IMG/VR virus record: IMGVR_UViG_3300028596_000012
Coordinates: 1 to 60,670 of that record
Length of the DNA stretch: 60,670 bases
From: a virus
Lineage: Duplodnaviria; Caudoviricetes
Direction: 5' to 3' (one strand)
Positions 1 through 9,604 of the stretch are shown one piece after another (the first letter of the stretch is position 1; each line of letters starts with the position of its first letter). The translations under genes were made by a program, and so were the position numbers. Under the pieces are notes generated by a model. The model saw only the letters and a program-made list of their open reading frames with translations, searched no databases and had not been told where the DNA came from.

Positions 1-866
1 GTGCCGCACAGCGTGGTGTCCTGCATGAAGTTGCCCGCGTGCCGGTAGTTGGCACCGGTGTCTCCGCCGATGCGGATCAGGAGGTCCTGATAGACGCTGG
101 CGTTGTCATGCCGAGCCGTAACCGTCAGGCGCACCGTCTTCAGCGTGGTCGGGATGCTGGAGAACGTCACGCTGGCCGTCGTAGAGCCTAGGGTGTTCGA
201 TGCCACCCAGGGCGCCGACTGCATCCAGGCCGAACCGTTCCAGTGCCGCTGGAAACCAGTGTCCGTCTCGTAGATCCGGTCTCCCAGTACCGGATCAGCC
301 GGCCTGTCGGTGGAGCTACACAGAGTCCAGCCGGCCTGTCGCACGAATCCTCGGCGGCTGGTGATCTGCCCGCCGGGGATCGAGACGTCACCGACGTTCA
401 CCCGCGCGTCGGCGATCCGCGCCCAGGCCCCTGGGATGTAGAATGATCCACCCACGTTGAAATCGGAGTCCGCACGCGACGTAGGCGAAGCCGCAGACAC
501 GCCCTGCACCACATCGAAGTACGCGCCAGGAGTTCCAGGGATAGACCCATACTGATCGTCATGGATGCGCAACAGAAGGGTGTCAATCCGAGGGTTTCCA
601 ACGCCTGCGGCCAGCAGAAAGGTATCCGCCGTATCACTCCACGCGAAGTACCCACCCTGCTGCGCGTTCTCGGTCCCCAGAACGTGGAACCCGCCGGGGC
701 TGACCTGAATGGCCCGGGTACCAACCCCTGGCGTCACAACGAACTGCCCAGACCGGACGGCACCCTGTCGGCCGCCAAATACGTGCTCGACCAGGTTTCG
801 GTCGAGCGTGGCGGGGTGCTGGAATCCCGGACTAGCGATGTACCCGGGTACGGCTTGCAGGCCCAT
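1..866 (-). CDS. Minor tail / tail fibre protein, N-terminal part (continues across the circular junction into 60245-60670; about 385 aa in total)
   Basis: Missed by the ORF track. Manual translation from ATG at 866 (GAGGTG upstream) gives MGLQAVPGY...NPRIDTLLLR...IYETDTG...WNGSAW, open to the window edge and in frame with the 60245..60670 ORF through the terminal overlap. Follows the distal tail gene. Confidence 0.8.
   Translation of the reverse strand, partial: MGLQAVPGYIASPGFQHPATLDRNLVEHVFGGRQGAVRSGQFVVTPGVGTRAIQVSPGGFHVLGTENAQQGGYFAWSDTADTFLLAAGVGNPRIDTLLLRIHDDQYGSIPGTPGAYFDVVQGVSAASPTSRADSDFNVGGSFYIPGAWARIADARVNVGDVSIPGGQITSRRGFVRQAGWTLCSSTDRPADPVLGDRIYETDTGFQRHWNGSAWMQSAPWVASNTLGSTTASVTFSSIPTTLKTVRLTVTARHDNASVYQDLLIRIGGDTGANYRHAGNFMQDTTLCG
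9..134. repeat. Terminal direct repeat (assembly overlap), identical to 60545-60670
   Basis: 126 identical bases at both ends, lying inside one gene; indicates a circular or circularly permuted complete genome. Confidence 0.95.
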
Positions 867-874
867 AGCTCACC

Positions 875-1759
875 TCATTCCCAAGCTGGGTATGCGGTTG
901 CGGTGAACCCAGCGGCTGGATCGTAGTCTGCGAACAACTTGATAACGTTGGGGCCTGGGTCCAGGTCCCAGAAGTCTCCTACGATGCTAGCGGAGACAGG
1001 GAACCCGTTGAGCAAAGCCGTCTCGTTGAGGAAGTTGATGATCAGATGGTCACCTGCAGATAGCCCCACATCAAACTTGAGAAGTTCGTTTGTGGTTTCA
1101 TTGGTGACTCTCCATGCACCCTTCACCAACGGTCCGGTAATGTCCAGCACCAGGTTCTTGCTGGACCCCGTTCCGTTATTGGTAACGGTGACCTTTTCGC
1201 CTTCTCCGTCGAGGGTGGTGTCATACTCCAACGGGTATGTACGCGGGTACGTCCGCCCGCCGGACGCGAAACCAGCCACCCCGGCAGACAGAATCTGTGG
1301 AGTCAGACCATACTTCATCGGGTCCGTACACAGGATCGTTGCACCCCAACGGAATCCGGTCGGACCTGCGTACGAGTTGCCGAACCATGCCGGCTCCCGA
1401 GGCCCGGAGAGGTAGGCGGTAACGTACTTCGGCACGGCCTCGTGTCGTTCGAGACGTAGCGGAAGGCCACGCGGGAGCGCGTCCCTGACGATCACGTCCC
1501 AGAGCTCTTCCAGGCGGAGCCGCGACACAGCTGTGACGTACCCGCCCAGGAGGATGATCCGCCCACCGTACGGGAAGTTCTCCGGCGGCACGACGCCGTC
1601 AACTATGCCCTTGGGCGCGAACTGAGCATCGAGCTCCGGAGTTTCACTCCAGCCGGACATCACATCGATGGCGAAGTCGCCCGCCCCGGTAGGCAGGCTG
1701 AGCGCGTCATTGAAGGTGACGTCGTTGAGGATCACCTTGTCCCGGAAGATGGTAGGCAT
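875..1759 (-). CDS. Distal tail (Dit-like) minor tail protein
   Basis: Immediately after the tape measure gene; CTDPMKYG, YPRTYPLEY and 'LDPGPNVI' motifs typical of siphovirus Dit proteins. Confidence 0.8.
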   Translation of the reverse strand: MPTIFRDKVILNDVTFNDALSLPTGAGDFAIDVMSGWSETPELDAQFAPKGIVDGVVPPENFPYGGRIILLGGYVTAVSRLRLEELWDVIVRDALPRGLPLRLERHEAVPKYVTAYLSGPREPAWFGNSYAGPTGFRWGATILCTDPMKYGLTPQILSAGVAGFASGGRTYPRTYPLEYDTTLDGEGEKVTVTNNGTGSSKNLVLDITGPLVKGAWRVTNETTNELLKFDVGLSAGDHLIINFLNETALLNGFPVSASIVGDFWDLDPGPNVIKLFADYDPAAGFTATAYPAWE

Positions 1760-4245
1760 CAGGCAACTCCAGGAACCAGGCTAGATGTACCAGTCGCAAC
1801 ACCGAGGTCCAGCCTCCGGATGGCGGCGGCTCCGATCTCTTCAGCGCTTTGGTGCGGCAAGGTTGTGATGTTCTGGGTGACTACGACCGAAGGCACAGCC
1901 GGAGGCGCCTCTACGGATCCCAGCGCCCCGGTGCCCACGCCCACGGAGGCCTGACCGCCGAGAACAGTTGCAGTTACGTTCGTGGACAAGGCCCCAGGGA
2001 TCTTTCCGGCCAATTCTGCGGCAGCCCTATCCACCAAGTTGGCAGCGGACAGAATGCCCTTGGCCAGGCCCTGGCTGAAGAACTCGCCCAGCCGGATGCC
2101 GACCTTGGACGGGGAGGAGATACCCAAGGCCCCTCGGACCGCTGCGGCAGCTGACTGGGCGATGCTTCGAGCCGCCGAGACAGCCGCCCCTGCCATGTTC
2201 CTGATGCCGTTGATCAGGCCCTGGATCAGTGCCGCCCCCGCGCCCGTCAGGAGACCGCCTAGGTTGCCCAAGGCGCCCTGGATCTGGCCAGGGACGCCCC
2301 GAACCACGCCCAGCAGCGAACTAATGGCGCCCTGGACAGCGGAGACCGCTGCTCGGAAGTATCCACCAATCTGGCTTGCAATCCCAGATAGCGTAGCGAT
2401 CGTGCTCCTGATCCCGCCGATTGCAGACGCTACCGCGTTCCTAGCCGTATTGACCGCGTTGGATATGGTGGCCTGGAATGTGGCCCAAGTCCCGGAGGTA
2501 GCGCTAGAGATAGCGCCCCATACACCGCTGACAATTTCGCCCAGGCTACCGATCCAACCAATGACTACAGATAGGACCGAGATGACGCCATTCAGATACG
2601 TGATCCAGACAGAGAAGATGGGCCCGACCAGTCGCATGGCCGGAACCAGTAGCGTCAACAGGATCTGCGACATCATCACGAACAGCGGTACCAACTGAAC
2701 AAGCAGTGGTCCAAGCTGATCCAGGAGCGGCAGCAGCTGCGGAAGCACTTGTGCCGCAACCTCTTCAAATGCCTGGCCCCACTCCTCGATGAACGGCAGC
2801 AGAGCCGTGAGGGCGGCCAGGAGCACCGTTGACAAGATGGTCGCCAGCCGGCCGATGACCGGAACCAGCGTGGTCAACGCGGATCCGAGGACGCCTCCGA
2901 ATATGGCAGCGATTTGCCCGATGACCGGTGCAAGCTGTGTAAACGCCTCTACGATGCGCGGGAGCGTAGGGCCAAGGCTAGTGCGGAGCGCGTTGGCTAC
3001 GGCCGTTAGCATTGGACTCAGGGCCGAGAACGCAGCACCTAGCACCGGTCCGATCGCGCGAGCGAGGCTCTGGACCAGCGGCCCCAACTCAGAGAAGATC
3101 GGTGTCAGGTTCTGCAGCAGAGACAGGAGAACGTCTCCGCCCGCCTCAGCGACGCCCTGAATAGCCATAGCCAGTGCGTTCAGGATCTCAGAACCCTGGG
3201 CGGAGTTGAAGAACTCCGCCAGCTTGGAGACTACCGATCCCAGACCGTTCGCTAGCGGGGCGGCCGAACTCGACAGGTCGTCCATGCCCTGACCGGCTCC
3301 GCTGAACGCCCGGACCACGGCGCCGATGATGTCACCCAGGCCGGCAAACAGAGCCCCCAGGTTCTTTATTGCCGCCCCGGCGGTGTCCCACATGGCGTTC
3401 AGGTCCAGCTGCCCCAGGAACTCCCCGAAGGTAGCCATAGCCTGCGCAGCACGGTCTCCGAAGCTAGCGAAGAACTTGCCTGCCTGGCCGGCCAGTTGCG
3501 AGAACCCGTTCAGCAGCGGCGTGAATCCGGGCGCCAGGAGAGTCAGGAACTCAGAGACCCCAGCCAGTGCCTTGCCAACTGCGTCGATGAAGGCCGGGCT
3601 ACTAGCGAACCCGAGGATCTGCTTCAGGATCCCGTTGAAACCGGTGGCAACCTGGGTCAGCATGGGTGTCAGGGACTTGATGGCAGGTATCAGCGCGCTG
3701 ACCAGAGGCGCAGTGGCCGCGAAGAAAGCGTTCTGGACTGCCTGCTGGAGCGGCTTAACAGCGGTACCAACGGCGTAGAGAGCCTTGGCAGCAGCCTGCG
3801 CTTCCGGGGCCAGCTTCTTGATGGCCTCTTGGAACTTGGAGGCATCCTGAGCAAAGGCGGCTTTGATAGCATCGCCTACGCCTGACATGGCCAGCTTTAG
3901 GACGACTGCCGCGCCGGCAGCGGCCAGGAGAATGCCTGGAAGTGTTGCTAGGCTTGCCGTTATGATCGGCACAAAGGACTGTGCCACGGCTACCACGCCT
4001 AGTATGGCGCCGTTCAAGACGTTTGCGGCTGCACCGGCAGCCAGGATGATGGCGATGGACTTCGCCAGCGTAGATCCGAACTTCAGCCAGGACCTAGAGG
4101 CACGGTCCGTGTCCCGGTCCACGTCGTCGCCGAACAGGTTGGACAGAGAGACGAAGCGTCCCAGGTCGTCGCGAGCCCTAGCAACACCGCGCGAGTCGTA
4201 CTCGATGCGGATATTGCCCTGCGCCGTTCCCAGGTTGTATGACAC
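1759..4245 (-). CDS. Tape measure protein
   Basis: 828 aa, Ala/Leu/Gly-rich amphipathic repeats, C-terminal LGISSPSK motif, downstream of the tail chaperone. Confidence 0.93.
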   Translation of the reverse strand: MSYNLGTAQGNIRIEYDSRGVARARDDLGRFVSLSNLFGDDVDRDTDRASRSWLKFGSTLAKSIAIILAAGAAANVLNGAILGVVAVAQSFVPIITASLATLPGILLAAAGAAVVLKLAMSGVGDAIKAAFAQDASKFQEAIKKLAPEAQAAAKALYAVGTAVKPLQQAVQNAFFAATAPLVSALIPAIKSLTPMLTQVATGFNGILKQILGFASSPAFIDAVGKALAGVSEFLTLLAPGFTPLLNGFSQLAGQAGKFFASFGDRAAQAMATFGEFLGQLDLNAMWDTAGAAIKNLGALFAGLGDIIGAVVRAFSGAGQGMDDLSSSAAPLANGLGSVVSKLAEFFNSAQGSEILNALAMAIQGVAEAGGDVLLSLLQNLTPIFSELGPLVQSLARAIGPVLGAAFSALSPMLTAVANALRTSLGPTLPRIVEAFTQLAPVIGQIAAIFGGVLGSALTTLVPVIGRLATILSTVLLAALTALLPFIEEWGQAFEEVAAQVLPQLLPLLDQLGPLLVQLVPLFVMMSQILLTLLVPAMRLVGPIFSVWITYLNGVISVLSVVIGWIGSLGEIVSGVWGAISSATSGTWATFQATISNAVNTARNAVASAIGGIRSTIATLSGIASQIGGYFRAAVSAVQGAISSLLGVVRGVPGQIQGALGNLGGLLTGAGAALIQGLINGIRNMAGAAVSAARSIAQSAAAAVRGALGISSPSKVGIRLGEFFSQGLAKGILSAANLVDRAAAELAGKIPGALSTNVTATVLGGQASVGVGTGALGSVEAPPAVPSVVVTQNITTLPHQSAEEIGAAAIRRLDLGVATGTSSLVPGVA

Positions 4246-4258
4246 TTCGCCTCCTCCC

Positions 4259-4519
4259 CTACGGCTTCCGGTACGCGTTCAAGCCTAGCCAGGCATTCAT
4301 CCGTACCATCTTTGCCAGCTTCTTGCTGCTATCGGTCTTGCGGTGAGGGGCATTGACTGCTTCATCAATGTCTGCCTCCATCGTAGAACCGAAGATCCAT
4401 ACCGCCCGGTCCAGGAACTCAGCCGCCGGACGGGCTGTCACCCCTAGTAGGACGCTCGGCCTCGTAGCGAAGTCCTTCGACATCCGGTACGTCCGCCACA
4501 TCGTCTTCGCGTCCCTCAC
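4259..4519 (-). CDS. Tail assembly chaperone, frameshift extension (gpT-like)
   Basis: Overlaps the chaperone 3' end in the +1 frame and directly precedes the tape measure gene. Confidence 0.7.
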   Translation of the reverse strand: MRDAKTMWRTYRMSKDFATRPSVLLGVTARPAAEFLDRAVWIFGSTMEADIDEAVNAPHRKTDSSKKLAKMVRMNAWLGLNAYRKP

Positions 4520-5030
4520 GAAACGGCTCCGCCGCCACCACCCCGCCCTGGAGTCTGGTCATGGCCGCGTTCATGATGGACAACTTGTCCTGTAGGTCCA
4601 CGGCGTGAACGTCGACGCCGTTCTCCAGGACGTGGTGCGGCACCTGATCTCCCGAGCGGCCGTCGTATACGGACGGCTCCACCACGGCCTTCAGAACCAC
4701 CTTGTCAACGAAGTCCAGGAGGTTGGTCCAACGCTCCTTGTCCTTCAGCAGGCTCAGAAGCGCTGCCCGCCCCTCTGCGGTCGAGGGGTTCAACGCCGCC
4801 AGCGTGGCCACCGCGTGGTCCGTCCCCGGACTGCTCTTCCCCGCCACCCGATCGATATGCTCGACCTGGACGATGGCAGACAGGGAGTCAATCCTGTCCG
4901 TGATCCCCATCTCCAGCATGTCCTCGATGGAGATGGCGCGCATGAGGCACTCTTCTCCGGACGGCAGCTTGTGCTCGAACTCTTCGCCGCCGCGCTTGCC
5001 CAGTCCGTACTTCTTGCCATTCTTTCCCAT
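4419..5030 (-). CDS. Tail assembly chaperone (gpG-like)
   Basis: Lies between the major tail and tape measure genes; LPSG motif near the N-terminus. Confidence 0.8.
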   Translation of the reverse strand: MGKNGKKYGLGKRGGEEFEHKLPSGEECLMRAISIEDMLEMGITDRIDSLSAIVQVEHIDRVAGKSSPGTDHAVATLAALNPSTAEGRAALLSLLKDKERWTNLLDFVDKVVLKAVVEPSVYDGRSGDQVPHHVLENGVDVHAVDLQDKLSIMNAAMTRLQGGVVAAEPFREGREDDVADVPDVEGLRYEAERPTRGDSPSGG

Positions 5031-5065
5031 GATCGGCCTCCTTGGGGCTCCTGATCGTGTTGGGT

Positions 5066-5419
5066 CTACAGGGGTCCGTGAACTTCCACGGTCATGGTCG
5101 GACTGATGGAGTACGTCAGCGTCATGTTGCCGGTAACCGGATCCCGGAACCGATCCGCACTGATCGTCACCGTCCGCACCCCGGTGGTCGCTGCCACGGA
5201 GATCGGGACGTCCGGGTTGAAGGCGGTGGCGCTGCCAGGGTTCTGGCTCACCGGGTCATCTAGCGTCACCGTAACCAACGCGCCGGTGTTCACGAAGCGC
5301 AGCTGGTACTTCCCGCCGAACTGCAGCGGGATCGTGTCGGGACCAGCCGTACACGTGTTGGTCAGCGGGTTGGCCACCGGAACCATTGCCGGAGGGTTGA
5401 TGTTCGTCAACGCTGCCAT
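5066..5419 (-). CDS. Small beta-rich virion structural protein
   Basis: ATG at 5419 lies 1 nt after the major tail stop; Thr/Val/Pro-rich. Confidence 0.55.
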   Translation of the reverse strand: MAALTNINPPAMVPVANPLTNTCTAGPDTIPLQFGGKYQLRFVNTGALVTVTLDDPVSQNPGSATAFNPDVPISVAATTGVRTVTISADRFRDPVTGNMTLTYSISPTMTVEVHGPL

Positions 5420-5420
5420 A

Positions 5421-5969
5421 TCAGGCCACCGGGGTAACGGTCTCGTTCTGGACGAATGCCCAGACGCGGTTGAGGGTCGCGACCACCTTGGAGCCGATGC
5501 CACGACCGGACGCCCCGGTCAGGAAGAACTCCTGATCCGAGAAAGTGCCCGTCAGGTCACCGGTTGCCTTGGCGCGGTAGATAACCGGGTGCAGATCGCC
5601 GCCGGAGTCCGAGATGGACTGGCCTTCGATGTAGAAGTACGGCCGCTGGTCCTGCGTGGTCTTGTAGTACGTCTTGACCCGGTTCGGGGCGACGCCCGTC
5701 TCCGCGATGGTCCCGCCGTACATGATCTTGACCGCCTCGAACGGCAGACCACCGCTCTCGGTCTCCCACTCCACCGCCGGGGCGGATTCGTGGGATGCGA
5801 TCTCTTCGTCGTCTCCCCGGAGCGTGTTGCTCTCGGCGACCTCGCTCCAGCTAAGGGACCGGATGTTCGGAAGGTCGACCGTGGTACCGTATGCGGTGTA
5901 GGTGTTGTCCGTGAACGGACGGACCTTCAGATCCCTCATACCATAGGGGAGAGAGATTGGCTGAGTCAT
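5421..5969 (-). CDS. Major tail protein
   Basis: LPYGMRDLKV...LRGDD...PYFYIEGQSISDSGGD pattern of actinophage tail tube proteins; synteny. Confidence 0.85.
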   Translation of the reverse strand: MTQPISLPYGMRDLKVRPFTDNTYTAYGTTVDLPNIRSLSWSEVAESNTLRGDDEEIASHESAPAVEWETESGGLPFEAVKIMYGGTIAETGVAPNRVKTYYKTTQDQRPYFYIEGQSISDSGGDLHPVIYRAKATGDLTGTFSDQEFFLTGASGRGIGSKVVATLNRVWAFVQNETVTPVA

Positions 5970-6199
5970 TGGCTTTTCACCTCATTTCCCATCTCGAGCA
6001 ACGCCGGAGGATTCCGGAATCGCTTCGTTTCCAACAGCTGGCCATCGACCAGGCTGAAGTAGTGGAGGACAACCGCGCCAGGAGTCCAGCCCTTGCAGAT
6101 CCGGGAGTCGCACTTGATCTCCAGGACCTGTGTTCCCGGTACGGCTGGGTTAGGAACCAGCCGCCCGTAGAGCTTGCTACACCTGACGTCGTGGTTCAC
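5966..6199 (-). CDS. Small Cys/His protein, possibly a Com-like zinc-binding regulator
   Basis: C...LEIKCDSRIC...VLHYF; coupled to neighbours by 4-nt overlaps. Confidence 0.45.
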   Translation of the reverse strand: MNHDVRCSKLYGRLVPNPAVPGTQVLEIKCDSRICKGWTPGAVVLHYFSLVDGQLLETKRFRNPPALLEMGNEVKSQ

Positions 6200-6573
6200 T
6201 TGTCCTCGATCTTGAACCGGGAGTCCCGGACGATGTACGACTTGATCTGGTCCTCGGTGAGGAAAGCCTCCAGGAACGACAGCGGAACAACACGGTCGTT
6301 GGCGTCGTCCCAGCGCACAGTCTGAACCGGACCTCCGCCCAGCGGGGTCGGGCCGTCGCCCGCGCGGTCGTTTCCGTCCGGACCTTTCTCCAGGTCGACG
6401 CCGGCCTGCTTCCAGTCCACGATCGAGATCTCCCGATAGTCAACCCCCGGCTGCCCGTACCAACGCACGACCTTCTTGCTGTCGGTCAGACCGGCGTCCT
6501 GAGCCTGCCTCTCCGCATCCTGCTCCTCCGCGCTGACATCAGCATCGAACTGCTCCTTGGTAGCCCTTGCCAT
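6196..6573 (-). CDS. Hypothetical protein (head-tail region)
   Basis: GGAGGT RBS, coupled overlap, acidic. Confidence 0.6.
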   Translation of the reverse strand: MARATKEQFDADVSAEEQDAERQAQDAGLTDSKKVVRWYGQPGVDYREISIVDWKQAGVDLEKGPDGNDRAGDGPTPLGGGPVQTVRWDDANDRVVPLSFLEAFLTEDQIKSYIVRDSRFKIEDK

Positions 6574-6584
6574 TTTCTCACCTC

Positions 6585-7001
6585 CTAGATGGCGTCAGTG
6601 ACGATTCTGTAGGTCTCTGAGCGGAGTACCGCCTGCATCGTTTCGTCGTGCAGGTCCTCGCTGCTCCCCGCCCAGTCAGCCTGAACGAGCGTACCGCCTC
6701 CGGGGATCCGAGCCCCCGCAACAGCCAGCAAGATATCCCGCACCCGCCAGAGCCGCTGAGTAATGTTGCCGTAATGCGGCTCTCGGTCGTAGCACCACAC
6801 ACCCAACGGAACCGGACGCACAAGGGCGTCCCGCCCCGGCGGGCTCTCAGCAACACCCCAGCGGAGCGCTATCCAGTTCGTGTAATGCGCAGCTGGTGAG
6901 TCCCCGGACCAGTTGGTGAACAGGTTGTCACGGGTCAGCCCCATCTGGTTCAGCAACGGGTCGTCGCCCAGTAGCTCCCATACGAAGTCACGCGCGCTCA
7001 C
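6585..7001 (-). CDS. Tail terminator-like protein
   Basis: GTG start overlaps the previous stop; size and synteny upstream of the major tail gene. Confidence 0.6.
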   Translation of the reverse strand: MSARDFVWELLGDDPLLNQMGLTRDNLFTNWSGDSPAAHYTNWIALRWGVAESPPGRDALVRPVPLGVWCYDREPHYGNITQRLWRVRDILLAVAGARIPGGGTLVQADWAGSSEDLHDETMQAVLRSETYRIVTDAI

Positions 7002-7390
7002 AGCCGGCCTCTCGCCCGAAGTCGATCCATCAACCCGGTCAGGTTGGCCATAACACGCGGTCCCCAAATCGGGATAGTCGGCGTGATGATTGCGAACTTA
7101 CCGCCGTTCTTGACTTCCAACCAGATCTGGTAGTTGGCCCGGCCGAACAGGTTCATGACCCAGGATCCAGAGCGCTTGAACACGATGCCGTCCAGGCCGC
7201 CGCGAGCGTTGCCAGTACGGTCCGTCCAAGGCGCGTTGGCCTTCATGTACGCGACAGCCATATCCTTCTGGCGCTCGATCACGACGCCGGCCGCAGCGTC
7301 CACGCGCGGATCCAGCTGTTCAACCTCCCGCAGCAGACCGGCCACGCTGGCCGTGTTCCAGCTAAGGGATCGGCTGCCTCTCCTGGCCAA
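6998..7390 (-). CDS. HK97 gp10-like neck / tail completion protein
   Basis: NAPWTDRTGNAR...YQIWLEV motif. Confidence 0.75.
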   Translation of the reverse strand: MARRGSRSLSWNTASVAGLLREVEQLDPRVDAAAGVVIERQKDMAVAYMKANAPWTDRTGNARGGLDGIVFKRSGSWVMNLFGRANYQIWLEVKNGGKFAIITPTIPIWGPRVMANLTGLMDRLRARGRL

Positions 7391-7784
7391 AACGTGTCAC
7401 CGCCGCTCTGCGCTCGTATCCGTTGTAGGGAAGTATGCCGGATACCTCGTACCGCACACCGTCCGCGTCCAACCAGAAGTCGTTCAGCTCCACCTCAGCG
7501 TCCCAAGGGAGCAGCAGCTGGAACTCGTGCTTCGTCTGGTGCGTATCTTCCCCGCGCTCTCTGGATGTGGCGCCTCGAACGGCGGTCTGGTCGACCAACC
7601 GCCCAATCTGCAGCGGACGGGGGTCCTTTTCCTCCCAGCGCGAGCCAGACCCCGAGCGGTGCATGACGCGTGGTATCAGCGTTACCGCAGCCGGGTTTCC
7701 TGCGATGAAAGCATTGGTGTTTAACCGATTGACGGCGAGTTCAGCGCTGCTGGGACCCACCGGCACCGGAGGGATCACTGGCAT
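7362..7784 (-). CDS. Head-to-tail stopper/closure-like protein
   Basis: 140 aa, C-terminal 'DGVRYEV' beta pattern; synteny. Confidence 0.55.
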   Translation of the reverse strand: MPVIPPVPVGPSSAELAVNRLNTNAFIAGNPAAVTLIPRVMHRSGSGSRWEEKDPRPLQIGRLVDQTAVRGATSRERGEDTHQTKHEFQLLLPWDAEVELNDFWLDADGVRYEVSGILPYNGYERRAAVTRFGQERQPIP

Positions 7785-7786
7785 GG

Positions 7787-9121
7787 CTACCTCAGCCCCA
7801 TATCGACGCCCCAGACCTGGCCAGCCCCGCTTGGCGGTTGCGGCCCTTGAACGGTTAGCGTACGGGCGGATGCCATCTCCATGACGCGTCCGGAGGCCTG
7901 CCGTTTGAATGCGGTGGCGGCTCGGGCGGTCTCTACCGAAGATACGCGAACCAAGGTGCGAGCCTTGGCACGGGTAAGGGTCCGGGCAGTTTCGGTCGTT
8001 ACGGTGCGAGCTAGGGCGGCTGCCTTGGCCCTCCCTGCGGCACGAGCCAACTCTGTGACGGTGACCCGCCCCAACGTAATGGCCTTAGCAGACGCAAGCG
8101 ACCGAGCGGTCTCCGTAACCGTCACACGGTTCGCTGGCGCGGAGGTTCCGCCCTTCAGGATCACCTGTGCCAGAGCCGTCTCGGTGACCCGCCCCAGCGG
8201 CACAGTCTTGAGTCGTCCCAGGGTTCGCGCGGACTCTGTGGAGGTCACGCGCCCGATCGCCGGATAGGTCTTCGTGCGTCCTACGGTCCGAGCCGCCTCC
8301 GTAACCGTGACGCGAGCCGTCGAGGCAGCCTTCTGCCGAGATGCCGGCCTAGCGGACGAAGTCTCCGAGACTCTTCCTACGGCAACGCTCTTCGTTCGGG
8401 CTACGGTACGGGCGGACTCCACTACCGTCACGCGACCTACGGCTACCGTCTTGGCAGCGGTGATGGTCCGCGCGGTCTCCGTTACGGTGACGCGTCCAAC
8501 GTTGCCTGTCAGGCCACCGGCTCCAAGTACCTCCAGCGCCGCAAACGCAGGCGTCGTGTACGAGGGGCTGGATATACCCGTGCTGGCCGTGCCGCTGGAT
8601 CCGCTGTTGGACCATAGTCCAAGTATGTATGTGGCTGCGGAACCCTGTTGGCTAGCAACTGTGGAGCCGCCTGGGGTCCAGGCCGGCGACCCTACTGCAC
8701 CCGTGTTCCAGTCCCCGACATTCATGAACACGGCGCTGTTGGTCCCGGACCGAGCCAGGCTGGCCGTCTGCGCCGTCCCCGAGGTAGCCGTGCCGCCGTA
8801 CCCGGTAACGTTCCCGGCTGCGGTAGCACGGCATCGGTAGTTCCGCCCGCCTACGGATGGCGTGGCCGTCACGGTAACAGATGTCACGCCAACCGCTGAG
8901 GAGGTCCAGATCTGGTTCCGGGTGTGGCTGGCCGAACCCACGTCCGGCCGCTTTGTCCAAGTCAACGTGGGAGAGCTGCTCGGCGTCACATTCGTGACAA
9001 CCGCATCCTCAGCAATAACTGAGAAAACGATGACGTCAGTTGTGGCCGTCGTAAGGGCGGGCATAGCGCGCGTGCCCGTACCCTCCGCCAGATCAACCGA
9101 GGCCCCGATGTTGACTGCCAC
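7787..9121 (-). CDS. Virion fibre/whisker-like protein with about 11 x 20-aa repeats
   Basis: Beta-rich N-terminal domain followed by repeated GRVTVTExARTxxRxK units. Confidence 0.6.
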   Translation of the reverse strand: MAVNIGASVDLAEGTGTRAMPALTTATTDVIVFSVIAEDAVVTNVTPSSSPTLTWTKRPDVGSASHTRNQIWTSSAVGVTSVTVTATPSVGGRNYRCRATAAGNVTGYGGTATSGTAQTASLARSGTNSAVFMNVGDWNTGAVGSPAWTPGGSTVASQQGSAATYILGLWSNSGSSGTASTGISSPSYTTPAFAALEVLGAGGLTGNVGRVTVTETARTITAAKTVAVGRVTVVESARTVARTKSVAVGRVSETSSARPASRQKAASTARVTVTEAARTVGRTKTYPAIGRVTSTESARTLGRLKTVPLGRVTETALAQVILKGGTSAPANRVTVTETARSLASAKAITLGRVTVTELARAAGRAKAAALARTVTTETARTLTRAKARTLVRVSSVETARAATAFKRQASGRVMEMASARTLTVQGPQPPSGAGQVWGVDMGLR

Positions 9122-9124
9122 GGG

Positions 9125-9604
9125 TCAGCTGCTTCGGTAAAAACCGCCGGTTGCGATGACCAGCGTCACGTCGGATCCGTCCGGCGTGATGGCGACCGCG
9201 TGCTGCGAAACGGGAAGCTGAGCGGAGTCCGCGCCACCGGTGGAGTCCGAGTCGTACGCGTTCAACGCGTGGTTGATGGCCGTTCCCGCCCCCAGGGCGG
9301 TCCAGGTCTGGTCCGGGCAGTCGATGTCCACCCAGTCGTTGGTATCGTCAACCGTCCGCGTAATGCCCGACGCGTCGCTGAGAACCTTCCGAACGTAGTT
9401 GGCGTTCGTACCGGAAGTCAGTTCCGCGTTGGAACCGGACGCCTCGATGGCCGCGATGTCGTCCAGGTCGCGCTGGACCGCATCGGACTGCGTGATGTTC
9501 CACAGCGACCAGACCAACACGGAGTTGGTGGGGTCATTGGCGTTGATCCGGACGACGAATTCGCCGACGCGCCCCTTGGTGATGTTGAAGGCCAGGTCAC
9601 CCAC
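9125..9604 (-). CDS. Virion structural protein (collar/fibre-base-like)
   Basis: NYVRK...TWTAL...ITPDGSDVTL pattern seen in phage structural proteins preceding fibres. Confidence 0.55.
   Translation of the reverse strand: MGDLAFNITKGRVGEFVVRINANDPTNSVLVWSLWNITQSDAVQRDLDDIAAIEASGSNAELTSGTNANYVRKVLSDASGITRTVDDTNDWVDIDCPDQTWTALGAGTAINHALNAYDSDSTGGADSAQLPVSQHAVAITPDGSDVTLVIATGGFYRSS

Noticed and set aside
9-134. Biological terminal repeats
   Set aside because: The repeat lies mid-gene and its length suits an assembler k-mer overlap.
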